In this document: piece after piece, positions 29,181 through 38,211 of the stretch
How positions within the stretch are numbered: the first letter of the stretch is position 1
Layout of the letters: each line of letters starts with the position of its first letter
Assembly (NCBI GenBank): GCA_001784175.1
Contig: MFPR01000004.1
Span: 434,001 to 498,000, forward strand
DNA: 64,000 nucleotides
From: Candidatus Lindowbacteria bacterium RIFCSPLOWO2_12_FULL_62_27
GTDB lineage: Bacteria > Lindowbacteria > 2-12-FULL-62-27
Direction: 5' to 3'
Notes under the pieces: generated by a model
Seen by the model: the letters and a program-made list of their open reading frames with translations, nothing else
The model's database searches: none
Told to the model about the DNA's origin: nothing
Translations under genes and position numbers: made by a program

Positions 29181-30104
29181 TTGATCACCGGCGGAGCCGG
29201 CTATCTGGGATCGATTCTCACGCGGCAACTCCTCGATCAGGGCTTCAAGGTCACCGTGCTCGATAATTTCATGTACCGGCAGGACAGCCTGCTGGAAGCA
29301 TGCGCCCATCCCGATTTCGCCGTCGTGCGCGGAGACTGCCGGGACGCGCCGCTCATGAGGTCCAGCCTGAAGGGCGTGGACGTGGTGATTCCCATGGCCG
29401 CGCTCGTGGGCGCGCCCGCGTGCGACCGGGACCGTTCCGCCGCGGTCCGCATCAACCGCGACGCGGTCCGGATGATCTGCAGGGAGATGTCCCCTGCGCA
29501 ATGGCTGCTTTTCCCCACCACCAACAGCGGCTACGGCGTGGGAGAGAACGGCAAGTTCTGCACGGAAGCGTCGCCCCTCCGTCCCATCAGCCTGTACGGG
29601 GTGACGAAGGCCGAGGCGGAGGCGGCGGTGATGGAACGCCGAAACTCGATCAGTTTCCGGCTGGCCACGGTCTTCGGAGTCTCGCCCCGGATGCGGATGG
29701 ACCTTCTGGTGAACGATTTTGTGTGGCGTGCACTGACCGACCGGTATCTGGTGCTGTTCGAAGGCCATTTCAAGAGGAATTACATCCATGTCCGGGACGT
29801 GGCCAAAGTGTTTCTGCACGGACTGAATCGCTTCTATTTCATGAGGGGGCAGGTGTACAACGTGGGCCTGGAGGACGCGAACCTCTCGAAGCGGGAACTC
29901 TGCGAACGGATCCGGGCTGTGATTTCCGATTTTGTCTTTTTCGAATCACCGATCGGGGAGGACGCGGACAAGCGCAATTACATCGTGTCGAACGCCAAAA
30001 TCCTCAAGACCGGGTTCCGGCCGGACTGGGATCTGGACCGGGGAATCCGGGAACTGGTCAAGGCCCATCTCATGCTGGGAAATGTCCGTCACGCCAACGC
30101 CTGA
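29181..30104 (+). CDS. NAD-dependent epimerase/dehydratase (start uncertain: TTG 29181 or ATA 29136)
   Basis: LITGGAGYLGS, AALVGAPAC, YGVTK, RLATVFG, RNYIHVRD. Confidence 0.85.
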   Translation: MITGGAGYLGSILTRQLLDQGFKVTVLDNFMYRQDSLLEACAHPDFAVVRGDCRDAPLMRSSLKGVDVVIPMAALVGAPACDRDRSAAVRINRDAVRMICREMSPAQWLLFPTTNSGYGVGENGKFCTEASPLRPISLYGVTKAEAEAAVMERRNSISFRLATVFGVSPRMRMDLLVNDFVWRALTDRYLVLFEGHFKRNYIHVRDVAKVFLHGLNRFYFMRGQVYNVGLEDANLSKRELCERIRAVISDFVFFESPIGEDADKRNYIVSNAKILKTGFRPDWDLDRGIRELVKAHLMLGNVRHANA

Positions 30105-32214
30105 AGGCGCAGCCCGACCCGGCGGCGGAACCGGCCGGCGAATCATTTACGTCGATGAGCTGAACGCCTTTTCCGCCGCCTGGCTGGCCCGGCATCGCGG
30201 GACGGTTTCCGGTATCTATTACATCGACGTATCCGGATGGATGAAACGGGTTCTCCCCGTGTTTCGCCGTGTGTTTCTGCGTGGCACGCCCATCCTCCCC
30301 CTTGACTTTTACATGGGCGACATCCGCACGGAACGTGGAGAGAACCTCTTCATCAAGATCTCTTTCGGGGATATCGGAAAATTCCACGGCCGGATGGTCC
30401 GCGACCATCTGGACCACGATCCGCTGTGCCGGATGTTCGCACGCCGGTTCGGCGCGGCCGAAATTTCGCTGTACGTGAAAATAAAAACCATGCGCGCGCT
30501 GCGAAGATACAATTCGTATCTCTACGCCGCCGCCTGGCATGCCCGGTCCCTGCCCGCCAATCCGCCCGCGGACCCCGGCTTCCTCCTCTCTCACTTCTAT
30601 TCCGACCTCCTCGCCGGCCACGCGATGTCGCTCGGCCTGCGGGTGACCGCCTACACAAATTTCTCCCGGCTGTTCTCGCGATGGATCCGGATTCTCAAGC
30701 GACTCCTCTGGCCCGTGCTGTCCCTGCGCGGCCTGACGCAAAAAAACGCCGGCCCGCGCCCGGCCGCGCCCATTCTGGCGGCGGGATTCAACGGCAAGTA
30801 CATCACGTTTGATCCGTCGGTTCGAAGCGATTTTTTCTGGCTCATTCCCTCGTCCCTGCCGAGGTCCAGGGTCATGATCTGCTTCCATCGGCATGACTAC
30901 CCCGTGACCGCCGAGATGGTGGACACGCTGAGGTCGGCCGGCATGAATTTCGTGGCCTTTTCAGAGTCCGCGCGGGTGGATCCCAGGGTACCTCTGTTTT
31001 CTCCCGGCCGGAGGGCCGCGTGGGATCTGGCCGTCTGGAATGCGCGGCTGGCCGTCCGGGTGTTGACGGCGATGTTCAGCGGCGCTGTTTCAAGTTTCTA
31101 TCTTGACTTGTTCGCGGATTTTGTCCGGCACTACGCGTGGTGGGGCGATTTTTTTCGCCGATACGGGGTGAGCGTCTACATCAACATCAACGATGCCTCC
31201 GACGATTCCGTACCCTTTCATCTGGCCCTCAAGGCCGCGGGCGGCGTCAGCGTCAGCTACCAGTTTTCCGCCCACAGCCTCAACCACAGCCCGGAAACCC
31301 TGATCCTGCCGATCTGCCGCGACGTCTTTTTTTCGTTCGGGCCCTATTACCGGCCTCTCCTAGACTCCGTGCATACAGCGATCGGCCACGGCGTCTATAC
31401 GGGTTACATCACCGACCAGGCCTTTGAGTTGGTGAAGGAAAGATCGCGGGGATACCGCGAGCGGCTTCAGCGGGCCGGGGCGAACTTCATTGTCGCATTT
31501 TTCGACGAAAACTCTTCCGATGACCGGATGAGAATGGTTTCCAACCGGAGAATGACCGGGGTTTACCGGCGCTTTCTCGACGCAGTCCTTTCCGACCCCA
31601 CGCTGGGACTCATCCTGAAACCCGGCTATCCGGGCACATTGTTCAAACGCCTGCCCGACATCCGGCCCCTCGTGGATCGCGCCCGTTCGACGGGCCGGTG
31701 CCTCCTTCTGGACGAGGGCGTGGTGGTGACGCGCGTGCTTCCGACGGAAGCCGCCCAGGCGGCGGACCTGGCCGTCGGGTTTCTGTACAGCGGAACAGCG
31801 GCGATGGAGTCCGTCCTCTCGGGCACGCCGACGGTTTATTTTGATTTTGAGAATCTCTTTGATCAGCCCGAGTACCAATGGCCGGCTCGGATCAGCCTCT
31901 CCGAGGCCCCAAGTGCCGGCGTCTCCGACGCCGGCCGGATCGTCTTCAACACGTGGGAGGAACTTTGGACGGCCATCCAGTCATTTCGGCGGGAGGCCCG
32001 GTCACGGCCGGATTTGAGGCGGACGATTCCTTTTCTTTCGCAGAAAGATCCCTTTCAGGACGGGCGGGCGGCGGAGCGCATGGGCGAGTATCTGTCGTCG
32101 CTCCTTATGTGCCTCGAACGGGAAGAGCCGGCGGCCGGGGCCGTGGCGTGGGCGAACCGGAAATTTTCGGAGAAATGGGGCGCGGACAAAATCGTTTCGC
32201 GTGCCGTCAGGTGA
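30082..32214 (+). CDS. Large surface-carbohydrate biosynthesis protein (GT-B-like); paralog of 12462..14570; carries an in-frame 48-bp element
   Basis: Colinear with 12462..14570 (YVDELN...RSDFFW...FFDENS...DPFQDGRAA). Confidence 0.6.
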   Translation: MSVTPTPEGAARPGGGTGRRIIYVDELNAFSAAWLARHRGTVSGIYYIDVSGWMKRVLPVFRRVFLRGTPILPLDFYMGDIRTERGENLFIKISFGDIGKFHGRMVRDHLDHDPLCRMFARRFGAAEISLYVKIKTMRALRRYNSYLYAAAWHARSLPANPPADPGFLLSHFYSDLLAGHAMSLGLRVTAYTNFSRLFSRWIRILKRLLWPVLSLRGLTQKNAGPRPAAPILAAGFNGKYITFDPSVRSDFFWLIPSSLPRSRVMICFHRHDYPVTAEMVDTLRSAGMNFVAFSESARVDPRVPLFSPGRRAAWDLAVWNARLAVRVLTAMFSGAVSSFYLDLFADFVRHYAWWGDFFRRYGVSVYININDASDDSVPFHLALKAAGGVSVSYQFSAHSLNHSPETLILPICRDVFFSFGPYYRPLLDSVHTAIGHGVYTGYITDQAFELVKERSRGYRERLQRAGANFIVAFFDENSSDDRMRMVSNRRMTGVYRRFLDAVLSDPTLGLILKPGYPGTLFKRLPDIRPLVDRARSTGRCLLLDEGVVVTRVLPTEAAQAADLAVGFLYSGTAAMESVLSGTPTVYFDFENLFDQPEYQWPARISLSEAPSAGVSDAGRIVFNTWEELWTAIQSFRREARSRPDLRRTIPFLSQKDPFQDGRAAERMGEYLSSLLMCLEREEPAAGAVAWANRKFSEKWGADKIVSRAVR
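31889..31936 (+). repeat. 48-bp double-hairpin mini-element, copy 1
   Basis: GGATCA GCCTC-TCC-GAGGC CCCAAGT GCCGGCGTC-TCC-GACGCCGGC C; absent from the paralog. Confidence 0.9.
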
Positions 32215-33286
32215 CGTTGGTTGGATTCGTGACGGCTCTGTAGACGGGCAGAAAGTCGTTGTGATAGACGCAGGTCGGCCGCGCGAGGTCATTCAACGAC
32301 AATTCGACAGCGCTCGGCGGGATGAAAGAAAATAAACGGTGCCCGGTCTTCAGCCGGCCCAGCATGCGCCGCAACTTCTCCCGGGCGCGGGCGCGGAATC
32401 CATTGAATCGTTGTGGCGCATACAGCCTGTCCCATTCGTGGGTTAAATGCCTTCGCACCACCCACCACAGATACTTTTTCGCGATCTCGTCCCCTTCACG
32501 GATCGACAGACCATCCTGGCGGGCCAGCTCTTCCGCCAGACAGCGCCGAACTCCATCGCTCTCCTCCCGCCAGCGGGGTGTGCTGTACCGTTCGAAGGGT
32601 TCCTGCGCGGCGAGAACAGAGTCCTGCCCGGGATGCGCCTGACACAGCTTGTAGAGTTTGTCCAGACGCTTGACCTTGCCGCGGATGACGGGAATACACG
32701 TGGTCAGGAGCTCGCCGAACCAGTTTCCAAGCCCGAATTCGATCGTCCGGGCGTATCCGTCCCGGATGTCTTCCGTCCGGTGGATCGAGTTTCCTGTAGC
32801 AAACCAATGGCTCATGAAACGGCCGAACCGGCCGGCGCCGGTGTCGTCTTCGATGTCAGCATACTCATAATGAACCATCCACTGGAACCGCCCATGGGCA
32901 CGGCCGGAATCGAGCCCGAACATGAGACAGAGGCCGTGCGCGACCCGGTACGCCGGATGCCGGTCCAGAAAATCCATGCAGAGATCCATCGTTTCAGGCA
33001 CGTAAAAATCGTCGTCGGCGGCGTACATGCAATAGGGGGTCCGGACATGCTCCAGTCCCCTGGCGATGCAATCGTTGAACGAGGCCCCCGGTTGGGCGAG
33101 ATGGGTCACGTTCAGCCGTTCGCGATACCTCCGGATCACGGAACCGATCGCGTCAAACGGTTCCGGATCGCTGGCATCCGAAATGACGATCGGATGCGAA
33201 AACGCCGCGGATGCATAATAGGTCAGGAACCGCGACAGGAACTGCGCGCGATTCCGCGTTGAAACCACAAGGGTCAACCGTTCCAT
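32207..33286 (-). CDS. GT-A glycosyltransferase (TIGR00180-like), copy A
   Basis: STRNRAQFLSRFLTYY, ISDAS, TPYCMYAADDDF, FGELL. Confidence 0.8.
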   Translation of the reverse strand: MERLTLVVSTRNRAQFLSRFLTYYASAAFSHPIVISDASDPEPFDAIGSVIRRYRERLNVTHLAQPGASFNDCIARGLEHVRTPYCMYAADDDFYVPETMDLCMDFLDRHPAYRVAHGLCLMFGLDSGRAHGRFQWMVHYEYADIEDDTGAGRFGRFMSHWFATGNSIHRTEDIRDGYARTIEFGLGNWFGELLTTCIPVIRGKVKRLDKLYKLCQAHPGQDSVLAAQEPFERYSTPRWREESDGVRRCLAEELARQDGLSIREGDEIAKKYLWWVVRRHLTHEWDRLYAPQRFNGFRARAREKLRRMLGRLKTGHRLFSFIPPSAVELSLNDLARPTCVYHNDFLPVYRAVTNPTNVT

Positions 33287-33295
33287 CGAAAGCCG

Positions 33296-33348
33296 ACTTA
33301 ACCTTCCGAACAAAAGGCTTGTCAAGTTTCATTCGCTTGTGCTTTCAT
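33296..33348. promoter_or_regulatory. Back-to-back promoters sharing the near-palindrome CTTGTCAAG as -35: TTGACA-N18-TTAAGT (-) and TTGTCA-N18-TTTCAT (+)
   Basis: 68-bp divergent gap; the + promoter is followed after 6 nt by ATG 33355. Confidence 0.45.
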
Positions 33349-33354
33349 GGATCC

Positions 33355-34134
33355 ATGCCAGTCGAATCGACGCATCCCTTCATTCTGACGGCGCACCAAC
33401 CCGTGTATCTGCCGTGGCTGGGGCTCATGCACAAAATCGCGCTGTCGGACATGTTCTGCCTGTTTGATGACGTGCAGTACTTGAAAAAGGACTGGATGAA
33501 TCGAAACAGGATCAAGACGGCCAACGGCCCGGTCTGGCTGACCGTGCCGGTTCTGAGCAGGGACCATTACCATTTGAAATGCAGGGACGTGAGGATCCAT
33601 GCCGCCCTGCCGTGGCGGAGGAAACACTGGCGTTCGATTCTGAACGCGTACCGGAGCGCTCCCTTCTTCAGGAGATACGCCGATTTTTTTGAAGACCTCT
33701 ATTCAAAGGAATGGACGCATCTCGCGGATTTGAATCAACATATCCTCCGGTATCTGCTCGACGCCTTTTCGATCAAAGTGGCTTGGGTTCGGGCGTCCGA
33801 CTGTTCTTTTGACGGAAAGGGGTCTGATCTCGTGCTGGACATGTGCCGCCGCCTGAATGCGGACATCTATGTGTTCGGCGCCTTGGGCCGAACCTACGCG
33901 CGGGTGGAGGATTTTGAAAAGGCCGGAATATCCGTTTATTTCCAGGACTATCGGCACCCCTCCTATCCGCAGCTCGGGGGGCAATTCTCGCCGTCCATGA
34001 GCGCGATCGATCTTCTCTTTAATCACGGCCCGGCCTCCTTCGAGATTTTGATGGAAGGCAATCACAGCCGGGAACACCTCGTCCGCGCCGCCGGGGTTCT
34101 GCCCCTGACGGAAGCCGGGGCGGGACGCCCATGA
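33355..34134 (+). CDS. WbqC family protein
   Basis: HQPVYLPWLG, NRNRIKT, WLTVPV, HPSYPQ, SAIDLLFNHG. Confidence 0.9.
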   Translation: MPVESTHPFILTAHQPVYLPWLGLMHKIALSDMFCLFDDVQYLKKDWMNRNRIKTANGPVWLTVPVLSRDHYHLKCRDVRIHAALPWRRKHWRSILNAYRSAPFFRRYADFFEDLYSKEWTHLADLNQHILRYLLDAFSIKVAWVRASDCSFDGKGSDLVLDMCRRLNADIYVFGALGRTYARVEDFEKAGISVYFQDYRHPSYPQLGGQFSPSMSAIDLLFNHGPASFEILMEGNHSREHLVRAAGVLPLTEAGAGRP

Positions 34135-35018
34135 GAATCCTGGTCACCGGCGCCGGAGGCTATTTGGGAAGCGCCTGCGTGGGCCATCTTGCCGGGCGCC
34201 ATGAAGTGACGGCGGGCGGGCACAGTTCACCGGAACGGCCGGACGCCGTCATTCACATGGCGTTTCGATTTCCTAAAGACAACTCCGCGCGGGCCGAACT
34301 TGAAAACCAAACCGCGTTGCGCGCCATGATTGATTTCTGCATGGCCCGGAATGTTTCGCGATTCATTTTTCCGTCCACGTATGCGGTGTATCCCTGCAGC
34401 GAGCGGACCGCGGTGGAATCGGACGCCCTGTTTCCAGAATCCGAATACGCCCGCGGAAAGGGGACGGCGGAAAGGATGCTGCAGGAGTCCGGCCTTCCCC
34501 ATGTGATCCTTCGTCTGACGCACGTCTATGGCCGGGGCACCGGCGTCGGCGACGAGGGCGGCGTCATCCTGCAGTGGCTGGATCGGGCCATGCATGGAAA
34601 GGACATCGAAGTGATCGACGGAGAAACCATCGAGCGGGACTATATCCACCTTCGTGACGTCCTGGCGGCCGTCGAGGCGTGCCTTGAAAGAGAGCCGGCC
34701 ATGGGACGCGTCTACAACATCGGAAGCGGCGCCGGCGTGACGCTTCTGGATCTCGCGCGACAGATCGCGCGGATCGCCGGCGGGGAAACCGGCCGGGACG
34801 TTTCGGTGCGGAATCGCCGGAGCGCAACCCCCGTGATCTGGCGGCGGCGCGTGGACCTCCGGCGGGCGGAGGAGGAATTGGGCTTTTATCCGCGGGTCAA
34901 CCTCGTGGAAGGCTTGAAAGAGATGGCGGCGGCGCGCACGACGGGACTGCCGGATCAGCGCCTCCGGCGCCCCAAGTGCCGGCGTCTCCGACGCCGGCCG
35001 GAGGCGGCCGCAAGATGA
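34131..35018 (+). CDS. NAD-dependent epimerase/dehydratase; C-terminus contains the 48-bp element
   Basis: ILVTGAGGYLG, STYAVY, YARGK, RDYIHLRD, YNIGSG. Confidence 0.85.
   Translation: MRILVTGAGGYLGSACVGHLAGRHEVTAGGHSSPERPDAVIHMAFRFPKDNSARAELENQTALRAMIDFCMARNVSRFIFPSTYAVYPCSERTAVESDALFPESEYARGKGTAERMLQESGLPHVILRLTHVYGRGTGVGDEGGVILQWLDRAMHGKDIEVIDGETIERDYIHLRDVLAAVEACLEREPAMGRVYNIGSGAGVTLLDLARQIARIAGGETGRDVSVRNRRSATPVIWRRRVDLRRAEEELGFYPRVNLVEGLKEMAAARTTGLPDQRLRRPKCRRLRRRPEAAAR
34952..34999 (+). repeat. 48-bp double-hairpin mini-element, copy 2
   Basis: GGATCA GCGCC-TCC-GGCGC CCCAAGT GCCGGCGTC-TCC-GACGCCGGC C; differs from copy 1 only by two compensatory base pairs. Confidence 0.9.
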
Positions 35019-36157
35019 GGATCAAGGGCGCGCATCCTGCATTTTCCGAGGGTGAAATAGCGTCGATCACCGGCGAGATCGCCGAGGTCCTTCGCTCGGG
35101 CCGGCTGATTTTGGGAAGCCGGACAGAGCGGTTTGAAGCAGCCTTCGCCGAATACGTTGGAACCCGGCATGCCATCGCCGTCAATTCCGCAACGACCGCG
35201 CTCCAGATCACCCTCCAGTATCTCGATGTCAGGGACCGCGAGGTCGTCCTTCCGACCAACACATTTCTGGCCACGGCCAACGCCGTCCTGTACGCGGGGG
35301 GACGACCGGTTTTCGGCGACATCGAACCGCAGTCTCTCGCCCTGTGCCCGGACAGCCTGATCCGGAACATCACGCCGCGCACAAAAGGCGTCATCCTCGT
35401 CCATCTGGCCGGATTCATCAGCCCGCATCTGGAAGACATTCAACAGATATGCCGGGACCGGAGGTTGTTTTTGATTGAAGACGCGTCGCATGCTCATGGG
35501 GCCCTTTACAAGGGTTCAAAGGCGGGGTCGCTGTCGTTCGCCGGATGTTTTTCCTTTTATCCCACCAAAGTCATGACGGCGGCGCTGGGCGGCATGATCA
35601 CGACAAACGATGCGGCCTTGGACCGCTACGCCAGAAGCCTTCGGCATCACGGCCAGACCGACCGGACGCTCGACGTGCTGACCCGGTTCGGGAACGACTG
35701 GCTTCTCGACGAAGTGCGATCCGTGATCGGCTATCATCAGTTGAGGGGGCTTGAGAATGCAGTTCTCAGGCGGAATGCCCTGGCGCGCCGGTACACGGAA
35801 CGATTGAAGGACGTGAAGGGCATTCAAGTATTTGAAGTTGCGCCTCACATCAGGCACGCCTACTATAAATTCCCGGTTTCCGTCGATCCGCCCATTTCCC
35901 GTGACCATCTGATGCGGCGGTTGAACGAGGAACATGACGTTGAGACCGGTGTACTCTATGATCCGCCCTGTCATCTCCAGCCCATTGTCATGGAAACGTT
36001 CGGCACGAAACCGGGTGACTGCCCGGTTTCCGAATCGATCCTCCGGCGTGAACTCTGCCTGCCGATGCATGTGAGCCTCACGGAAGAGGACGTCGATCGC
36101 GTGGTGGGAATCCTGTCCGCCGAAATCGATCTCCGGATGGACATGGCGGTCGCCTGA
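35015..36157 (+). CDS. DegT/DnrJ/EryC1/StrS sugar aminotransferase
   Basis: VNSATTAL, VHLAG, IEDASHAHG, FSFYPTK, LCLPMH. Confidence 0.9.
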   Translation: MRIKGAHPAFSEGEIASITGEIAEVLRSGRLILGSRTERFEAAFAEYVGTRHAIAVNSATTALQITLQYLDVRDREVVLPTNTFLATANAVLYAGGRPVFGDIEPQSLALCPDSLIRNITPRTKGVILVHLAGFISPHLEDIQQICRDRRLFLIEDASHAHGALYKGSKAGSLSFAGCFSFYPTKVMTAALGGMITTNDAALDRYARSLRHHGQTDRTLDVLTRFGNDWLLDEVRSVIGYHQLRGLENAVLRRNALARRYTERLKDVKGIQVFEVAPHIRHAYYKFPVSVDPPISRDHLMRRLNEEHDVETGVLYDPPCHLQPIVMETFGTKPGDCPVSESILRRELCLPMHVSLTEEDVDRVVGILSAEIDLRMDMAVA

Positions 36158-37212
36158 TGGGCGGCGTCAGAATCTCGGATCGTGCGATCGGGCCGGGGCA
36201 TCCCTGTTTTGTGGTAGCCGAGATCGGCACGAACCACGATCGGAACATTCAAACGGCCCGGACCCTCATCGATGCGGCGGCGACGGCCGGCGTCGACGCG
36301 GTCAAATTTCAATTTTATCACGGCGAAGATGTCGTCACGCCCCGGGCCACCGCCGGCGAGTACGGCCTTCACAGGATGTATCCCGGCCTTCACAGAATGG
36401 TGGACATCTACAATGGCCGGCTCCGGACCCCCCGGGCGTGGTTTCCCGAACTGAGCGACCGTGTGAGAAGGCTGGGAATGATTCCGTTCGCCGCGCCGCA
36501 CTGCATCGACTGCGCGCAGTTCGCAGTGTCGCTGGGCATGCCGGCCTTCAAAGTCGCGTCCGTTGAAATCACGAACCTGCAGTTTTTGGAGGCGCTGGCC
36601 GCATTTCGAAAACCGATCATCCTCTCCACCGGCTTCGCCACCTCACGCGAGATCGCCGAGGCCGTTCGCGCGGTTCGACGCGCCGGCCACTCGAAATTGA
36701 TTCTCCTGCACTGCGTTTCCGACTATCCGACTCGGCCGCAAGACGTCAATTTGCAATTCATCCAAACGCTCCGCCGGCGATTCGGCGCACCCGTCGGATT
36801 TTCCGACCATACGACAGGCTTGGCCGTGTCGTTCGCGGCCGTCGCGCTGGGGGCGAGCGTGATCGAACGCCACGTGACACTGGATCGAAACCGGAGCGGC
36901 CCCGATCATCCGTTTGCCCTCGAGCCGCAGATGCTGGTGGAACTCGTCCGGGGCATCCGCGACATTCATCGGGCGATGGGGAAGGCCGCCAAGAAACTCA
37001 CCGCATCCGAGAGGGACAAAAGAAAACTCTTCTTCCGCAGCATCGTCGCGTCGCGGCACATTCCCAGGGGCCAGAAGATCCGCGCCGCCGACCTTGATCT
37101 CAAGCGGCCGGGCACGGGTCTGCCTCCGAAAATGCTGCGCACCGTCATCGGCCGCAGAGTGAGGAGAGACATCCGGCAATATGATCTCATTGAAACCGGT
37201 ACGCTCGTCTGA
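36157..37212 (+). CDS. N-acetylneuraminate/pseudaminate synthase family (NeuB/PseI/SpsE) with C-terminal SAF domain
   Basis: VAEIGTNH, DAVKFQ, KVAS, ILSTG, LHCVSDYP, GFSDHT, IERHVTLD, KRPGTG. Confidence 0.9.
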   Translation: MGGVRISDRAIGPGHPCFVVAEIGTNHDRNIQTARTLIDAAATAGVDAVKFQFYHGEDVVTPRATAGEYGLHRMYPGLHRMVDIYNGRLRTPRAWFPELSDRVRRLGMIPFAAPHCIDCAQFAVSLGMPAFKVASVEITNLQFLEALAAFRKPIILSTGFATSREIAEAVRAVRRAGHSKLILLHCVSDYPTRPQDVNLQFIQTLRRRFGAPVGFSDHTTGLAVSFAAVALGASVIERHVTLDRNRSGPDHPFALEPQMLVELVRGIRDIHRAMGKAAKKLTASERDKRKLFFRSIVASRHIPRGQKIRAADLDLKRPGTGLPPKMLRTVIGRRVRRDIRQYDLIETGTLV

Positions 37213-37215
37213 ACC

Positions 37216-38211
37216 ATGAACCTGCCGACCATGCCGGCCGCTCGTGAATTCCAGAGACTGACGCCAGACCGCGCCGAGGCCCTGGTGCCTTTCATCAAGG
37301 CCCATCGAAGCATTTATGACGGACAATTCAACCCGGATGTCCCGCCCGACGTGCTGGGTGACTATTTCATTCATGACCTCCGGCAGAAATTCTCGGAGGG
37401 CGTGTGGGCGGGGCTGATGCATGAACCGGCAGGGGGGGGCTTCGCGGCAGCGGTATTTCATCACAGCGCATGGGACACCAATTTTTTCGGATTTCGGATG
37501 GATCGTCTCGATTATCTGTTTGGCTCACATGAAAACGCCATGGATGCTGTTCTTTGCCGATACGCCGGCCTTTCGGAGAAGGAGGGCGTCCGCCACATCT
37601 CTGCGCGGGTAAACATGTCTGACCGTCGGACCGCGAGCGTTCTGCGCCAAAACGGCTTTGCTGAGGTGTGCGTAAAGTCCCTCTGGCGCCACTCGCTGGC
37701 GGATCCAGCGGCGGTTCAGGTGCCATCACCCCACATTCGAGCATTTTCTCCGCAAGACGGCGACGATGTCCGAGTGCTGGCGGCGACGCTGGCCGGGGCC
37801 GGCAGATTCTCCATGGACGGACGCTTTGATCCGAAGCGCGTCCGGGAGATGTATGAGCAGTGGGCGGTCCACCTGTGCGAAACGGCGCCGGCGCAGGTTT
37901 TGGTGGCGCGCGTGCGGGGTGCCACGGCCGGATTTTTGGTGTTTACGGTTGGCGTGCCCTTGTACGGTGCGCCGGACGTTGCCGATTTGAAGCCGGGCGT
38001 TGTCACGCACGTGGCGGTTGATCCGTCCCTGAGGGGGCGTGGGTTCGGCCGGGCGCTGATTGTCGCAGGATTGAAGCGCATGTGCGAGCTGGGCGCCCGC
38101 GCGGCGTACGCGGCAACCGCGGCGGGAAACGCAGCCGGCGCCGCCGCTTTTCAATCGGCGGGATTCCGCCCGGTAACATCGCATTGGGATTTCCATCGAT
38201 GGCTCGACTGA
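37216..38211 (+). CDS. GNAT N-acyltransferase (WecD/RffC-like)
   Basis: WDTNFFG, RFSMDGRF, MYEQW, VAVDPSLRGRGFG. Confidence 0.8.
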   Translation: MNLPTMPAAREFQRLTPDRAEALVPFIKAHRSIYDGQFNPDVPPDVLGDYFIHDLRQKFSEGVWAGLMHEPAGGGFAAAVFHHSAWDTNFFGFRMDRLDYLFGSHENAMDAVLCRYAGLSEKEGVRHISARVNMSDRRTASVLRQNGFAEVCVKSLWRHSLADPAAVQVPSPHIRAFSPQDGDDVRVLAATLAGAGRFSMDGRFDPKRVREMYEQWAVHLCETAPAQVLVARVRGATAGFLVFTVGVPLYGAPDVADLKPGVVTHVAVDPSLRGRGFGRALIVAGLKRMCELGARAAYAATAAGNAAGAAAFQSAGFRPVTSHWDFHRWLD

